Below are positions 20,734 to 30,734 of a stretch of 64,000 bases of DNA, one piece after another. Every line of letters starts with the position of its first letter. Position 1 is the stretch's first letter. The stretch is from the NCBI RefSeq assembly GCF_003018235.1, contig NZ_CP027437.1; one strand, 5' to 3'. The translations under genes and the position numbers were made by a program. Source of the stretch: Escherichia coli (lineage in GTDB: Bacteria > Pseudomonadota > Gammaproteobacteria > Enterobacterales > Enterobacteriaceae). The notes beneath the pieces were generated by a model, which was not told where the DNA came from, ran no database searches, and saw nothing but the letters and a program-made list of their open reading frames with translations.

Positions 20734-23070
20734 ATGATGGGCGCGGTGTTAATTAACGAAAATGATGAAGTGATGTTTTTCAACCCCGCCGCAGAGAAGC
20801 TCTGGGGGTACAAACGTGAAGAAGTTATTGGCAATAACATTGATATGCTGATTCCGCGGGATTTGCGTCCCGCGCATCCTGAATACATCCGTCACAACCG
20901 TGAAGGCGGTAAAGCGCGCGTCGAGGGGATGAGTCGGGAGCTGCAGCTGGAGAAAAAAGACGGCAGTAAAATCTGGACCCGTTTTGCGCTATCGAAAGTG
21001 AGCGCCGAGGGTAAAATTTATTACCTGGCGCTGGTACGGGATGCCAGCGTAGAAATGGCGCAAAAAGAACAGACCCGACAATTGATTATTGCCGTTGACC
21101 ATCTCGACCGACCGGTGATTGTCCTCGATCCGGAACGCCATATTGTGCAGTGCAATCGCGCATTTACCGAAATGTTTGGTTACTGCATTAGCGAAGCCAG
21201 CGGTATGCAGCCCGATTCACTCCTTAACATTCCAGAATTCCCTGCTGATAACCGCATTCGTTTACAACAGTTGCTATGGAAAACCGCCCGCGATCAGGAC
21301 GAATTTCTGCTGTTGACGCGCACCGGTGAAAAAATCTGGATTAAAGCCTCTATCAGCCCGGTCTATGATGTGCTCGCGCATCTGCAGAACCTGGTAATGA
21401 CTTTCTCGGATATCACCGAAGAACGGCAAATCCGCCAGCTTGAAGGCAATATTCTCGCCGCCATGTGCAGCAGCCCGCCATTTCATGAAATGGGGGAAAT
21501 TATTTGTCGTAACATCGAATCTGTACTCAACGAATCGCATGTTTCGCTGTTCGCGCTGCGCAACGGGATGCCGATACACTGGGCGTCATCTTCGCACGGT
21601 GCAGAAGTTCAAAATGCGCAAAGCTGGTCAGCGACCATTCGTCAGCGTGATGGTGCGCCTGCGGGGATCCTGCAAATTAAAACCTCGTCAGGAGCAGAAA
21701 CCAGCGCCTTTATCGAACGCGTGGCAGATATCAGCCAGCATATGGCCGCGCTGGCGCTGGAACAGGAAAAAAGCCGTCAGCATATTGAACAACTCATCCA
21801 ATTTGATCCGATGACCGGTCTGCCAAATCGCAATAACCTGCACAATTACCTCGATGACCTGGTCGACAAAGCCGTCTCTCCGGTGGTCTATCTCATCGGT
21901 GTTGACCATATTCAGGATGTGATTGATAGCCTTGGCTATGCGTGGGCCGATCAGGCATTGCTGGAAGTAGTCAATCGCTTTCGTGAAAAACTCAAACCGG
22001 ATCAGTATCTCTGTCGTATCGAAGGTACGCAGTTTGTCCTCGTGAGCCTGGAAAACGACGTCAGTAACATAACCCAAATCGCCGATGAGCTACGGAATGT
22101 GGTCAGCAAGCCGATAATGATTGACGATAAACCATTCCCGCTCACCTTGAGCATTGGCATCAGCTACGACGTGGGTAAAAACCGCGATTACCTGCTCTCC
22201 ACTGCTCACAATGCAATGGATTATATTCGCAAGAATGGCGGTAACGGCTGGCAGTTCTTCAGCCCGGCGATGAACGAAATGGTAAAAGAGCGTTTGGTTT
22301 TAGGCGCGGCGCTGAAAGAAGCAATTAGCAATAACCAACTGAAACTGGTTTACCAGCCGCAAATCTTCGCAGAAACGGGTGAACTGTACGGCATCGAAGC
22401 CCTTGCTCGCTGGCACGATCCCCTGCATGGTCATGTGCCCCCTTCACGGTTTATTCCTCTCGCAGAAGAGATCGGTGAAATCGAAAACATTGGGCGCTGG
22501 GTCATCGCGGAAGCTTGTCGTCAGTTAGCAGAATGGCGTAGCCAGAATATTCATATCCCGGCGCTTTCCGTTAACTTGTCGGCGCTGCACTTTCGCAGTA
22601 ATCAACTGCCTAATCAGGTGTCTGATGCAATGCACGCCTGGGGTATTGACGGCCACCAGCTGACGGTGGAAATCACGGAAAGCATGATGATGGAACACGA
22701 TACCGAAATCTTTAAGCGCATTCAGATCCTGCGCGATATGGGCGTGGGTTTATCGGTAGATGATTTTGGCACGGGCTTTTCCGGATTATCCCGCTTAGTC
22801 AGTCTTCCGGTAACGGAAATCAAAATTGACAAAAGTTTTGTCGATCGTTGTCTGACCGAAAAACGCATCCTTGCCTTACTTGAAGCCATTACCAGCATTG
22901 GGCAAAGCCTTAATTTAACCGTCGTGGCGGAAGGCGTCGAAACCAAAGAGCAATTTGAGATGCTACGCAAGATCCACTGTCGCGTTATTCAGGGATATTT
23001 CTTTTCCCGCCCCCTGCCCGCCGAAGAAATTCCAGGCTGGATGAGCAGTGTGTTACCGCTGAAAATCTGA
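20734..23070 (+). CDS. dosP: Heme-regulated c-di-GMP phosphodiesterase DosP (PAS-PAS-GGDEF-EAL); 5' end frameshifted relative to the expected start at 20672
   Basis: EAL motif (YGIEALARWHDP); long ORF begins at ATGATG 20734; a 21-codon ORF with GAGG RBS (20672..20737) ends in TGA overlapping it; adding one T to the T6 run at 20709..20714 would fuse the two. Confidence 0.85.
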   Translation: MMGAVLINENDEVMFFNPAAEKLWGYKREEVIGNNIDMLIPRDLRPAHPEYIRHNREGGKARVEGMSRELQLEKKDGSKIWTRFALSKVSAEGKIYYLALVRDASVEMAQKEQTRQLIIAVDHLDRPVIVLDPERHIVQCNRAFTEMFGYCISEASGMQPDSLLNIPEFPADNRIRLQQLLWKTARDQDEFLLLTRTGEKIWIKASISPVYDVLAHLQNLVMTFSDITEERQIRQLEGNILAAMCSSPPFHEMGEIICRNIESVLNESHVSLFALRNGMPIHWASSSHGAEVQNAQSWSATIRQRDGAPAGILQIKTSSGAETSAFIERVADISQHMAALALEQEKSRQHIEQLIQFDPMTGLPNRNNLHNYLDDLVDKAVSPVVYLIGVDHIQDVIDSLGYAWADQALLEVVNRFREKLKPDQYLCRIEGTQFVLVSLENDVSNITQIADELRNVVSKPIMIDDKPFPLTLSIGISYDVGKNRDYLLSTAHNAMDYIRKNGGNGWQFFSPAMNEMVKERLVLGAALKEAISNNQLKLVYQPQIFAETGELYGIEALARWHDPLHGHVPPSRFIPLAEEIGEIENIGRWVIAEACRQLAEWRSQNIHIPALSVNLSALHFRSNQLPNQVSDAMHAWGIDGHQLTVEITESMMMEHDTEIFKRIQILRDMGVGLSVDDFGTGFSGLSRLVSLPVTEIKIDKSFVDRCLTEKRILALLEAITSIGQSLNLTVVAEGVETKEQFEMLRKIHCRVIQGYFFSRPLPAEEIPGWMSSVLPLKI

Positions 23071-23267
23071 CAAATTCCTCTCGCCCGCACTCGCGGGTTT
23101 TCCTTTAACGTGACACCGTCACTTAAATACTGTGATTTCAGCTACGATTCCGGGAGATTCCTTCTTTAACTTCCCCTCTTGCACCAAAACTGCACTACGC
23201 TGCACGAATGTTGATCAAAAGTTAAAAAATATAACTTTAAGCCAGCATTCTGGCGCTTATCCCGGCA

Positions 23268-23283
23268 TGGCATGAGATCTGCA
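23268..23283 (+). promoter_or_regulatory. Candidate sigma54 promoter for the ddp operon (TGGCAT-N5-CTGCA)
   Basis: -24 GG / -12 GC elements with correct spacing, about 45 nt upstream of the ddpX ATG; nitrogen (NtrC) control of ddp is established knowledge. Confidence 0.5.
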
Positions 23284-23327
23284 TAAGCGGAAAGCGCAGC
23301 AATTTTTGTCTTATACAGGAACCGTTT

Positions 23328-23909
23328 ATGTCGGATACCACCGAACTGGTTGATTTAGCCGTGATCTTCCCTGATCTGGAGATCGAATTGAAATACGCCT
23401 GCGCTGATAACATCACAGGTAAAGCTATTTATCAGCAAGCGCGTTGTCTGTTACACAAGGATGCGATTACTGCGCTGGCGAAAAGTATCAGTATCGCCCA
23501 GCTGTCAGGCTTACAACTGGTGATTTACGATGCGTATCGCCCACAACAAGCACAGGCGATGTTGTGGCAAGCCTGCCCAGACCCGCAATATGTTGTTGAT
23601 GTGGCGGTCGGTTCTAATCACAGCCGTGGCACGGCGATCGACCTGACGCTTCGTGATGAGCACGGGAACATCCTGGATATGGGTGCAGAGTTCGATGAAA
23701 TGCACGAACGTTCCCATGCTTATCACCCTTCCGTCCCGCCCGCCGCTCAGCGCAATCGGCTGTTGCTGAATGCGATTATGACTGGCGGTGGCTTTGTCGG
23801 TATCCCGAGCGAATGGTGGCACTTCGAATTACCCCAGGCAGCGAGTTACCCACTACTCGCTGATCAATTCACCTGTTTTATATCCCCTGGCACACAGCAC
23901 GCCAGTTAA
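23328..23909 (+). CDS. ddpX: D-Ala-D-Ala dipeptidase (VanX homolog)
   Basis: 193-aa ORF with zinc-ligand motif SNHSRGTAIDL. Confidence 0.92.
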   Translation: MSDTTELVDLAVIFPDLEIELKYACADNITGKAIYQQARCLLHKDAITALAKSISIAQLSGLQLVIYDAYRPQQAQAMLWQACPDPQYVVDVAVGSNHSRGTAIDLTLRDEHGNILDMGAEFDEMHERSHAYHPSVPPAAQRNRLLLNAIMTGGGFVGIPSEWWHFELPQAASYPLLADQFTCFISPGTQHAS

Positions 23910-23922
23910 TCAGGAAACTGTC

Positions 23923-25473
23923 ATGAAGAGATCGATATCGTTTCGTCCTACATTGCTCGCGATCGTCCTTGCCACAACAATGCCGGTTGCGCACGCCGCC
24001 GTACCGAAAGATATGTTGGTGATCGGTAAAGCTGCCGACCCACAAACCCTCGACCCGGCGGTAACAATTGATAATAACGACTGGACAGTGACCTACCCGT
24101 CTTATCAGCGACTGGTTCAGTACAAAACGGACGGTGATAAAGGCTCAACCGACGTTGAAGGCGATCTGGCGAGTAGCTGGAAAGCGTCTGACGATCAAAA
24201 AGAGTGGACGTTCACCCTGAAGGACAATGCTAAATTTGCCGATGGCACACCTGTCACTGCCGAAGCAGTAAAACTCTCTTTTGAGCGGTTACTAAAAATC
24301 GGCCAGGGGCCAGCAGAAGCATTTCCCAAAGATTTAAAGATTGATGCTCCCGACGAACATACAGTGAGGTTTACCCTTAGCCAGCCATTCGCACCGTTCC
24401 TCTACACACTGGCGAATGACGGTGCATCCATTATCAATCCGGCGGTCTTAAAGGAGCATGCGGCGGATGATGCCCGTGGTTTCCTCGCGCAAAATACCGC
24501 TGGCTCCGGACCGTTTATGCTGAAAAGCTGGCAAAAAGGTCAGCAATTAGTTCTGGTGCCAAATCCGCATTACCCCGGCAATAAACCGAATTTCAAACGG
24601 GTATCGGTAAAAATTATCGGTGAAAGTGCCTCCCGTCGCCTGCAGCTCTCCCGTGGCGACATTGACATTGCCGATGCGCTGCCGGTGGATCAACTCAACG
24701 CACTGAAGCAGGAAAACAAAGTCAATGTGGCAGAGTATCCGTCACTGCGCGTCACCTATCTGTATCTGAATAACAGCAAAGCGCCACTTAATCAGGCGGA
24801 TTTGCGTCGGGCCATTTCCTGGTCTACCGATTATCAGGGCATGGTTAACGGCATTCTGAGTGGTAACGGAAAACAGATGCGCGGCCCGATTCCGGAAGGC
24901 ATGTGGGGATACGATGCGACGGCAATGCAATACAACCATGACGAAACGAAAGCCAAAGCCGAATGGGATAAAGTGACGAGCAAACCCACCAGCGTGACGT
25001 TTCTCTATTCTGATAATGATCCGAACTGGGAGCCTATTGCTCTGGCGACACAATCCAGTCTCAACAAGCTGGGCATCAATGTGAAGCTGGAAAAGCTGGC
25101 GAACGCCACCATGCGCGACAGAGTGGGTAAAGGTGATTACGACATCGCGATTGGCAACTGGAGTCCGGATTTTGCCGACCCGTATATGTTTATGAATTAC
25201 TGGTTTGAGTCCGACAAAAAAGGTCTGCCGGGTAACCGCTCGTTCTATGAAAACAGTGAGGTCGATAAGTTACTGCGCAATGCGCTAGCGACCACCGACC
25301 AGACGCAGCGTACCCGGGACTACCAGCAGGCACAGAAAATCGTCATTGATGACGCTGCTTATGTGTACCTGTTCCAGAAAAACTACCAACTGGCGATGAA
25401 CAAAGAGGTGAAAGGCTTTGTGTTCAATCCCATGCTGGAACAGGTCTTCAATATCAATACCATGAGTAAATAA
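23923..25473 (+). CDS. ddpA: Periplasmic D-Ala-D-Ala dipeptide-binding protein
   Basis: Start at ATG 23923 (MKRSISFRPTLLAIVLA..., signal peptide) within ORF 23788..25473; solute-binding family 5. Confidence 0.9.
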   Translation: MKRSISFRPTLLAIVLATTMPVAHAAVPKDMLVIGKAADPQTLDPAVTIDNNDWTVTYPSYQRLVQYKTDGDKGSTDVEGDLASSWKASDDQKEWTFTLKDNAKFADGTPVTAEAVKLSFERLLKIGQGPAEAFPKDLKIDAPDEHTVRFTLSQPFAPFLYTLANDGASIINPAVLKEHAADDARGFLAQNTAGSGPFMLKSWQKGQQLVLVPNPHYPGNKPNFKRVSVKIIGESASRRLQLSRGDIDIADALPVDQLNALKQENKVNVAEYPSLRVTYLYLNNSKAPLNQADLRRAISWSTDYQGMVNGILSGNGKQMRGPIPEGMWGYDATAMQYNHDETKAKAEWDKVTSKPTSVTFLYSDNDPNWEPIALATQSSLNKLGINVKLEKLANATMRDRVGKGDYDIAIGNWSPDFADPYMFMNYWFESDKKGLPGNRSFYENSEVDKLLRNALATTDQTQRTRDYQQAQKIVIDDAAYVYLFQKNYQLAMNKEVKGFVFNPMLEQVFNINTMSK

Positions 25474-25474
25474 C

Positions 25475-26497
25475 GTGACCTTCTGGAGTATTTTACGCCA
25501 ACGCTGCTGGGGGCTGGTGCTCGTGGTGGCGGGCGTCTGTGTGATTACGTTTATTATCTCGCACCTGATCCCCGGCGATCCGGCGCGGTTACTGGCGGGT
25601 GACCGCGCCAGCGATGCTATCGTGGATAATATTCGCCAGCAACTGGGACTGGACCAGCCACTGTATGTACAGTTTTACCGCTACGTCAGCGACCTGTTTC
25701 AGGGTGACCTGGGAACATCCATTCGTACCGGGCGTCCGGTGCTGGAAGAGTTGCGCATATTTTTCCCGGCGACGCTGGAACTGGCTTTTTGTGCCCTGCT
25801 GCTGGCACTCCTGATTGGCATCCCGCTGGGCATACTCTCTGCAGTCTGGCGAAATCGCTGGCTGGATCATCTGGTGCGAATAATGGCCATTACCGGAATC
25901 TCCACACCTGCGTTCTGGCTTGGGCTGGGCGTCATTGTGCTGTTTTATGGTCATCTGCAAATTCTTCCCGGCGGCGGAAGGCTTGATGACTGGCTGGATC
26001 CACCAACGCACGTTACCGGCTTTTATCTGCTCGATGCGCTGCTTGAAGGCAACGGTGAAGTCTTCTTCAATGCGCTGCAACATCTCATCTTACCGGCATT
26101 AACGCTGGCGTTCGTTCACCTGGGAATTGTCGCTCGCCAGATCCGCTCAGCTATGCTGGAACAATTGAGTGAAGATTACATTCGTACCGCCCGGGCCAGC
26201 GGCTTGCCCGGCTGGTATATCGTTTTATGTTATGCGCTACCCAATGCGTTGATCCCATCGATTACCGTATTGGGTCTGGCGCTGGGCGATTTGTTGTATG
26301 GCGCAGTGCTCACCGAAACCGTTTTTGCCTGGCCCGGAATGGGTGCATGGGTAGTAACATCAATACAGGCGCTCGACTTCCCGGCAGTGATGGGCTTTGC
26401 CGTCGTGGTTTCGTTTGCTTATGTGCTGGTGAACCTGGTGGTGGATTTGCTCTATTTGTGGATTGATCCGCGTATCGGACGTGGAGGTGGTGAATGA
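25475..26497 (+). CDS. ddpB: Dipeptide ABC transporter permease
   Basis: 340-aa membrane protein, GTG start 1 nt after the ddpA stop. Confidence 0.9.
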   Translation: MTFWSILRQRCWGLVLVVAGVCVITFIISHLIPGDPARLLAGDRASDAIVDNIRQQLGLDQPLYVQFYRYVSDLFQGDLGTSIRTGRPVLEELRIFFPATLELAFCALLLALLIGIPLGILSAVWRNRWLDHLVRIMAITGISTPAFWLGLGVIVLFYGHLQILPGGGRLDDWLDPPTHVTGFYLLDALLEGNGEVFFNALQHLILPALTLAFVHLGIVARQIRSAMLEQLSEDYIRTARASGLPGWYIVLCYALPNALIPSITVLGLALGDLLYGAVLTETVFAWPGMGAWVVTSIQALDFPAVMGFAVVVSFAYVLVNLVVDLLYLWIDPRIGRGGGE

Positions 26498-27390
26498 TGC
26501 TAAGCGAGGAAACGTCAGCCGTGCGCCCACCAAAACAAACGCGATTTAACGGTGCAAAACTGGTATGGATGCTGAAAGGCAGCCCGCTTACCGTGACCGG
26601 CGCAGTCATCATTGTATTAATGCTACTGATGATGATTTTTTCACCGTGGCTGGCGACGCATGATCCCAACGCCATTGATTTAACCGCCCGCCTTTTGCCG
26701 CCTTCTGCGGCGCACTGGTTTGGCACCGATGAAGTGGGACGCGATCTGTTTAGCCGCGTACTGGTCGGCAGTCAGCAATCAATTCTCGCCGGATTAGTGG
26801 TGGTCGCCATTGCAGGTATGATGGGGTCGCTACTCGGGTGTCTATCCGGTGTGCTTGGCGGACGTGCAGACGCGATTATCATGCGCATCATGGACATTAT
26901 GCTGTCGATTCCTTCGCTGGTGCTGACAATGGCACTGGCAGCCGCTCTCGGGCCGAGTTTGTTTAACGCCATGCTGGCGATTGCTATTGTGCGAATTCCC
27001 TTTTATGTGCGCTTGGCGCGGGGGCAAACATTAGTTGTTCGCCAGTATACCTATGTTCAGGCGGCGAAAACCTTTGGTGCGTCGCGTTGGCATCTGATCA
27101 ACTGGCATATTTTACGTAACTCCCTGCCGCCGCTGATTGTGCAGGCATCGCTGGATATCGGTAGCGCGATTTTAATGGCCGCCACGTTGGGATTTATTGG
27201 CCTGGGTGCTCAACAACCGAGTGCTGAATGGGGGGCGATGGTGGCGAATGGTCGCAACTATGTACTCGATCAGTGGTGGTATTGCGCATTTCCGGGGGCA
27301 GCGATTTTGCTTACCGCCGTCGGGTTCAATCTCTTTGGTGATGGTATTCGCGATCTGCTTGACCCGAAAGCAGGAGGAAAGCAGTCATGA
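26494..27390 (+). CDS. ddpC: Dipeptide ABC transporter permease
   Basis: 298-aa membrane protein; ATGA overlap with ddpB. Confidence 0.9.
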   Translation: MMLSEETSAVRPPKQTRFNGAKLVWMLKGSPLTVTGAVIIVLMLLMMIFSPWLATHDPNAIDLTARLLPPSAAHWFGTDEVGRDLFSRVLVGSQQSILAGLVVVAIAGMMGSLLGCLSGVLGGRADAIIMRIMDIMLSIPSLVLTMALAAALGPSLFNAMLAIAIVRIPFYVRLARGQTLVVRQYTYVQAAKTFGASRWHLINWHILRNSLPPLIVQASLDIGSAILMAATLGFIGLGAQQPSAEWGAMVANGRNYVLDQWWYCAFPGAAILLTAVGFNLFGDGIRDLLDPKAGGKQS

Positions 27391-28373
27391 CCCAACCCGT
27401 TCTGGACATTCAACAGCTGTATTTGAGTTTCCCCGGTTTTAACGGCGACGTTCACGCGCTCAACAATGTGTCATTGAAAATCAACCGCGGTGAAATTGTC
27501 GGTCTGGTGGGAGAATCCGGCTCGGGTAAATCAGTCACTGCAATGTTGATTATGCGTCTGTTACCGACGGGCAGTTATTGCGTACATCGGGGACATATTT
27601 CACTGCTGGGAGAAGATGCTCTTAACGCTCGGGAAAAGCAGCTTCGTCAGTGGCGCGGCGCACGAGTGGCGATGATCTTTCAGGAACCGATGACCGCCCT
27701 TAATCCGACACGTCGAATAGGTCTTCAGATGATGGACGTGATCCGCCATCATCAACCAAAAAGTCGTCGGGAAGCCAGAGCTAAAGCGATTGCCCTGCTG
27801 GAAGAGATGCAAATCCCGGATGCCGTGGAAGTTATGTCGCGCTATCCGTTTGAGCTTTCAGGTGGTATGCGACAGCGGGTAATGATTGCGCTGGCATTCT
27901 CCTGCGAGCCGCAATTGATTATTGCCGACGAACCGACTACGGCGCTGGACGTCACGGTACAGTTGCAGGTACTGCGTCTGCTTAAACATAAAGCCCGCGC
28001 CAGTGGAACTGCGGTACTGTTCATCAGCCATGATATGGCCGTGGTGTCGCAACTGTGCGATAGCGTTTACGTGATGTATGCCGGAAGCGTGATTGAGAGC
28101 GGCGTGACGGCAGACGTTATCCATCATCCCCGGCATCCGTATACCATTGGTTTGCTGCAATGCGCACCGGAACATGGAATACCGCGCCAGCCATTACCCG
28201 CTATTCCGGGGACGGTACCAAACCTCACCCATTTGCCTGACGGCTGCGCTTTTCGCGATCGTTGCTATGCGGCAGGTGCACAGTGTGAAAACGTCCCGGC
28301 GCTAACAGCGTATGGTGACAACAACCACCGCTGCGCCTGTTGGTATCCTCAGCAGGAGGTCATTAGTGTCTGA
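27387..28373 (+). CDS. ddpD: Dipeptide ABC transporter ATP-binding protein
   Basis: Walker A GESGSGKS; 4-nt overlap with ddpC. Confidence 0.9.
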   Translation: MTQPVLDIQQLYLSFPGFNGDVHALNNVSLKINRGEIVGLVGESGSGKSVTAMLIMRLLPTGSYCVHRGHISLLGEDALNAREKQLRQWRGARVAMIFQEPMTALNPTRRIGLQMMDVIRHHQPKSRREARAKAIALLEEMQIPDAVEVMSRYPFELSGGMRQRVMIALAFSCEPQLIIADEPTTALDVTVQLQVLRLLKHKARASGTAVLFISHDMAVVSQLCDSVYVMYAGSVIESGVTADVIHHPRHPYTIGLLQCAPEHGIPRQPLPAIPGTVPNLTHLPDGCAFRDRCYAAGAQCENVPALTAYGDNNHRCACWYPQQEVISV

Positions 28374-29292
28374 CACGTTATTAACGTTACGCGACGTCCA
28401 TATCAATTTCCCGGCCCGAAAAAACTGGCTTGGTAAAACTACGGAACATGTTCATGCCATCAATGGTATTGATTTACAGATCCGTCGTAGTGAAACCTTA
28501 GGGATCGTCGGTGAGTCAGGCTGCGGCAAAAGCACCCTCGCACAGCTTTTAATGGGTATGCTGCAACCGAGCCACGGGCAGTACATCCGTTCAAGATCAC
28601 AACGCATTATGCAGATGGTGTTTCAGGACCCGCTCTCTTCGCTCAATCCGCGCTTACCGGTGTGGCGCATCATCACAGAACCGCTCTGGATAGCTAAGCG
28701 TAGTAGTGAACAACAGCGGCGAGCGTTGGCAGAGGAGCTGGCTGTGCAGGTGGGTATTCGTCCGGAGTATCTCGATCGCTTGCCTCATGCGTTCTCAGGC
28801 GGGCAGCGGCAACGTATCGCCATTGCCAGAGCACTCTCTTCGCAGCCTGACGTGATTGTGCTTGATGAACCAACCTCGGCGCTGGATATCTCCGTGCAGG
28901 CGCAGATCCTCAATTTACTGGTAACGCTACAGGAAAATCGCGGGCTGACTTATGTGCTGATTTCACACAATGTCTCGGTGATACGTCATATGAGCGATCG
29001 GGTGGCGGTGATGTATCTCGGACAGATTGTGGAACTAGGAGACGCGCAACAGGTGCTGACAGCTCCGGCACATCCATACACCCGATTATTGCTGGATTCC
29101 CTCCCCGCCATTGATAAACCGCTGGAGGAAGAATGGGCATTACGTAAAACGGATCTACCAGGAAACCGCACGTTGCCACAAGGCTGTTTTTTCCGCGAAC
29201 GCTGCCCTCTGGCAACCCACGGATGTGAAGTCCGGCAATCATTAACAATAAGGGAGGACGGACGTGAGATCCGGTGCTGGCGGGCGCTGTAG
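28366..29292 (+). CDS. ddpF: Dipeptide ABC transporter ATP-binding protein
   Basis: GTG start at 28366 overlapping the ddpD stop (ORF track extends upstream to 28312); Walker A GESGCGKST. Confidence 0.88.
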   Translation: MSDTLLTLRDVHINFPARKNWLGKTTEHVHAINGIDLQIRRSETLGIVGESGCGKSTLAQLLMGMLQPSHGQYIRSRSQRIMQMVFQDPLSSLNPRLPVWRIITEPLWIAKRSSEQQRRALAEELAVQVGIRPEYLDRLPHAFSGGQRQRIAIARALSSQPDVIVLDEPTSALDISVQAQILNLLVTLQENRGLTYVLISHNVSVIRHMSDRVAVMYLGQIVELGDAQQVLTAPAHPYTRLLLDSLPAIDKPLEEEWALRKTDLPGNRTLPQGCFFRERCPLATHGCEVRQSLTIREDGREIRCWRAL

Positions 29293-29295
29293 AGA

Positions 29296-29345
29296 CGCTA
29301 ACAACGCATCAGGCAATCACGCGCCTGACGCGTCATCCGGCAACG
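29296..29345. repeat. REP/BIME-like palindromic element between convergent ddpF and osmC
   Basis: GCATCAGGC ... GCCTGACGC ... CATCCGGCA motifs characteristic of E. coli REP units. Confidence 0.5.
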
Positions 29346-29347
29346 CT

Positions 29348-29779
29348 TTACGATTTCAACTGGTAATCAAGCGTAATTTCAGCTTTCAGTACCTGAGAAA
29401 CCGGGCATCCTGCTTTTGCTTTCTGGATAATGCCGTCAAAAGTAGAGGCATCAATACCCGGCACCGCAACTTCGCTCTTCAGTGCGATTTTAGTAATCGC
29501 AAAACCTGCATCCACTTTATCCAGCGACACATCGGCGGTGGTATCAATCGATGTTGGCGTGAATCCCGCTTCCCCCAGCATTAATGAAAGCGCCATTGAG
29601 AAACATGCGGCATGCGCTGCGCCAATCAGTTCTTCAGGGTTGGTTCCTTTTTCGCCTTCAAAACGCGTGTTAAATCCATACGGCTGTTGGTTCAGCACGC
29701 CGCTCTCGGTGGATACAGTTCCCTTCCCGCGTTTGATATCGCCTTCCCAGTGTGCCTGACCTTTCTTATGGATTGTCAT
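29348..29779 (-). CDS. osmC: Osmotically inducible peroxiredoxin OsmC
   Basis: 143-aa ORF recognised as OsmC; conserved Cys (AHAACFSMAL). Confidence 0.93.
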   Translation of the reverse strand: MTIHKKGQAHWEGDIKRGKGTVSTESGVLNQQPYGFNTRFEGEKGTNPEELIGAAHAACFSMALSLMLGEAGFTPTSIDTTADVSLDKVDAGFAITKIALKSEVAVPGIDASTFDGIIQKAKAGCPVSQVLKAEITLDYQLKS

Positions 29780-30123
29780 TGTTGCTCTCCTGTGGGCTTA
29801 AAAAGGAAATTATAGACTACGTGAGAAACCGCACGAGGATAAGCAGGATATTCCGAATGAAATCCGGCGAAAACATTATCTCTGTACTTAAATTAAATTC
29901 CCACAATAGATAACAGGAAATATATGACTCAAAAGATATTGTATCAATATTAATCGATTCACACCAATAACAATCCCTATCAATATCATAGTGTTAAAAT
30001 ATAAAACTCATCAACCAGGACTAATCTTAACAACGAAGCGGCAAATATTTGCCATGCTGAATGTGCTTTATAAATCTGCGATCCGTAGCAGACACCATAA
30101 ATACACAGACACGGAGAATCACT

Positions 30124-30339
30124 ATGTTTACTTATTATCAGGCAGAAAATTCAACAGCAGAACCCGCTCTGGTTAATGCCATTGAGCAAGGCCTTCGGGC
30201 AGAGCACGGTGTTGTCACTGAAGATGACATTCTCATGGAGCTGACCAAATGGGTGGAAGCTTCTGATAACGACATCCTCAGTGATATCTACCAGCAAACG
30301 ATCAATTATGTGGTCAGTGGCCAGCACCCTACGCTTTAA
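30124..30339 (+). CDS. bdm: Biofilm-dependent modulation protein Bdm (71 aa)
   Basis: Internal ATG 30124 of ORF 30061..30339 (MFTYYQAENSTAEPALVNAIEQG...). Confidence 0.85.
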   Translation: MFTYYQAENSTAEPALVNAIEQGLRAEHGVVTEDDILMELTKWVEASDNDILSDIYQQTINYVVSGQHPTL

Positions 30340-30440
30340 GGTGCTATGCTTGATCGGCAACCTAATTTAGGGGTTTAGCACGTGTTTCTTCGCTACGGCG
30401 ATGTTGTCCTTAAAACTAGCAACAGGATTGAGGAGTTAAA

Positions 30441-30578
30441 ATGAAATCGAACCGTCAGGCACGTCATATTCTTGGACTGGACCATAAAATTTCTAACCAG
30501 CGCAAAATAGTTACCGAAGGTGACAAATCCAGCGTGGTAAATAACCCAACCGGCAGAAAACGCCCCTCTGAAAAGTAA
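30441..30578 (+). CDS. sra: Stationary-phase-induced ribosome-associated protein Sra (45 aa)
   Basis: Hand-translated: AGGAG RBS then ATG at 30441, [45 protein letters not shown], stop at 30576; below the 60-aa ORF cut-off so absent from the track. Confidence 0.85.
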   Translation: MKSNRQARHILGLDHKISNQRKIVTEGDKSSVVNNPTGRKRPSEK

Positions 30579-30734
30579 TTCATAACCATCAGTCCTCAAT
30601 GACGATTAAACACCATTGCCTGCGCAATGGTGTTTTTGTTTTTATCTGCTTTATACTTGGGGCCGACGCCCTGGCGGTAAAGCAAAGACGATAAAAGCGT
30701 GCCAGGGATGGATATTCAAAAAAGAGTGAGTGAC

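Noticed and set aside
25589-26083. 164-aa minus-strand ORF and several small plus-strand ORFs within ddpB
   Set aside because: Embedded in the ddpB permease coding region in alternative frames; no support.
30393-30599. 68-aa minus-strand ORF
   Set aside because: Overlaps on the opposite strand the 45-aa sra gene, which has a strong RBS and an exact recognisable product.
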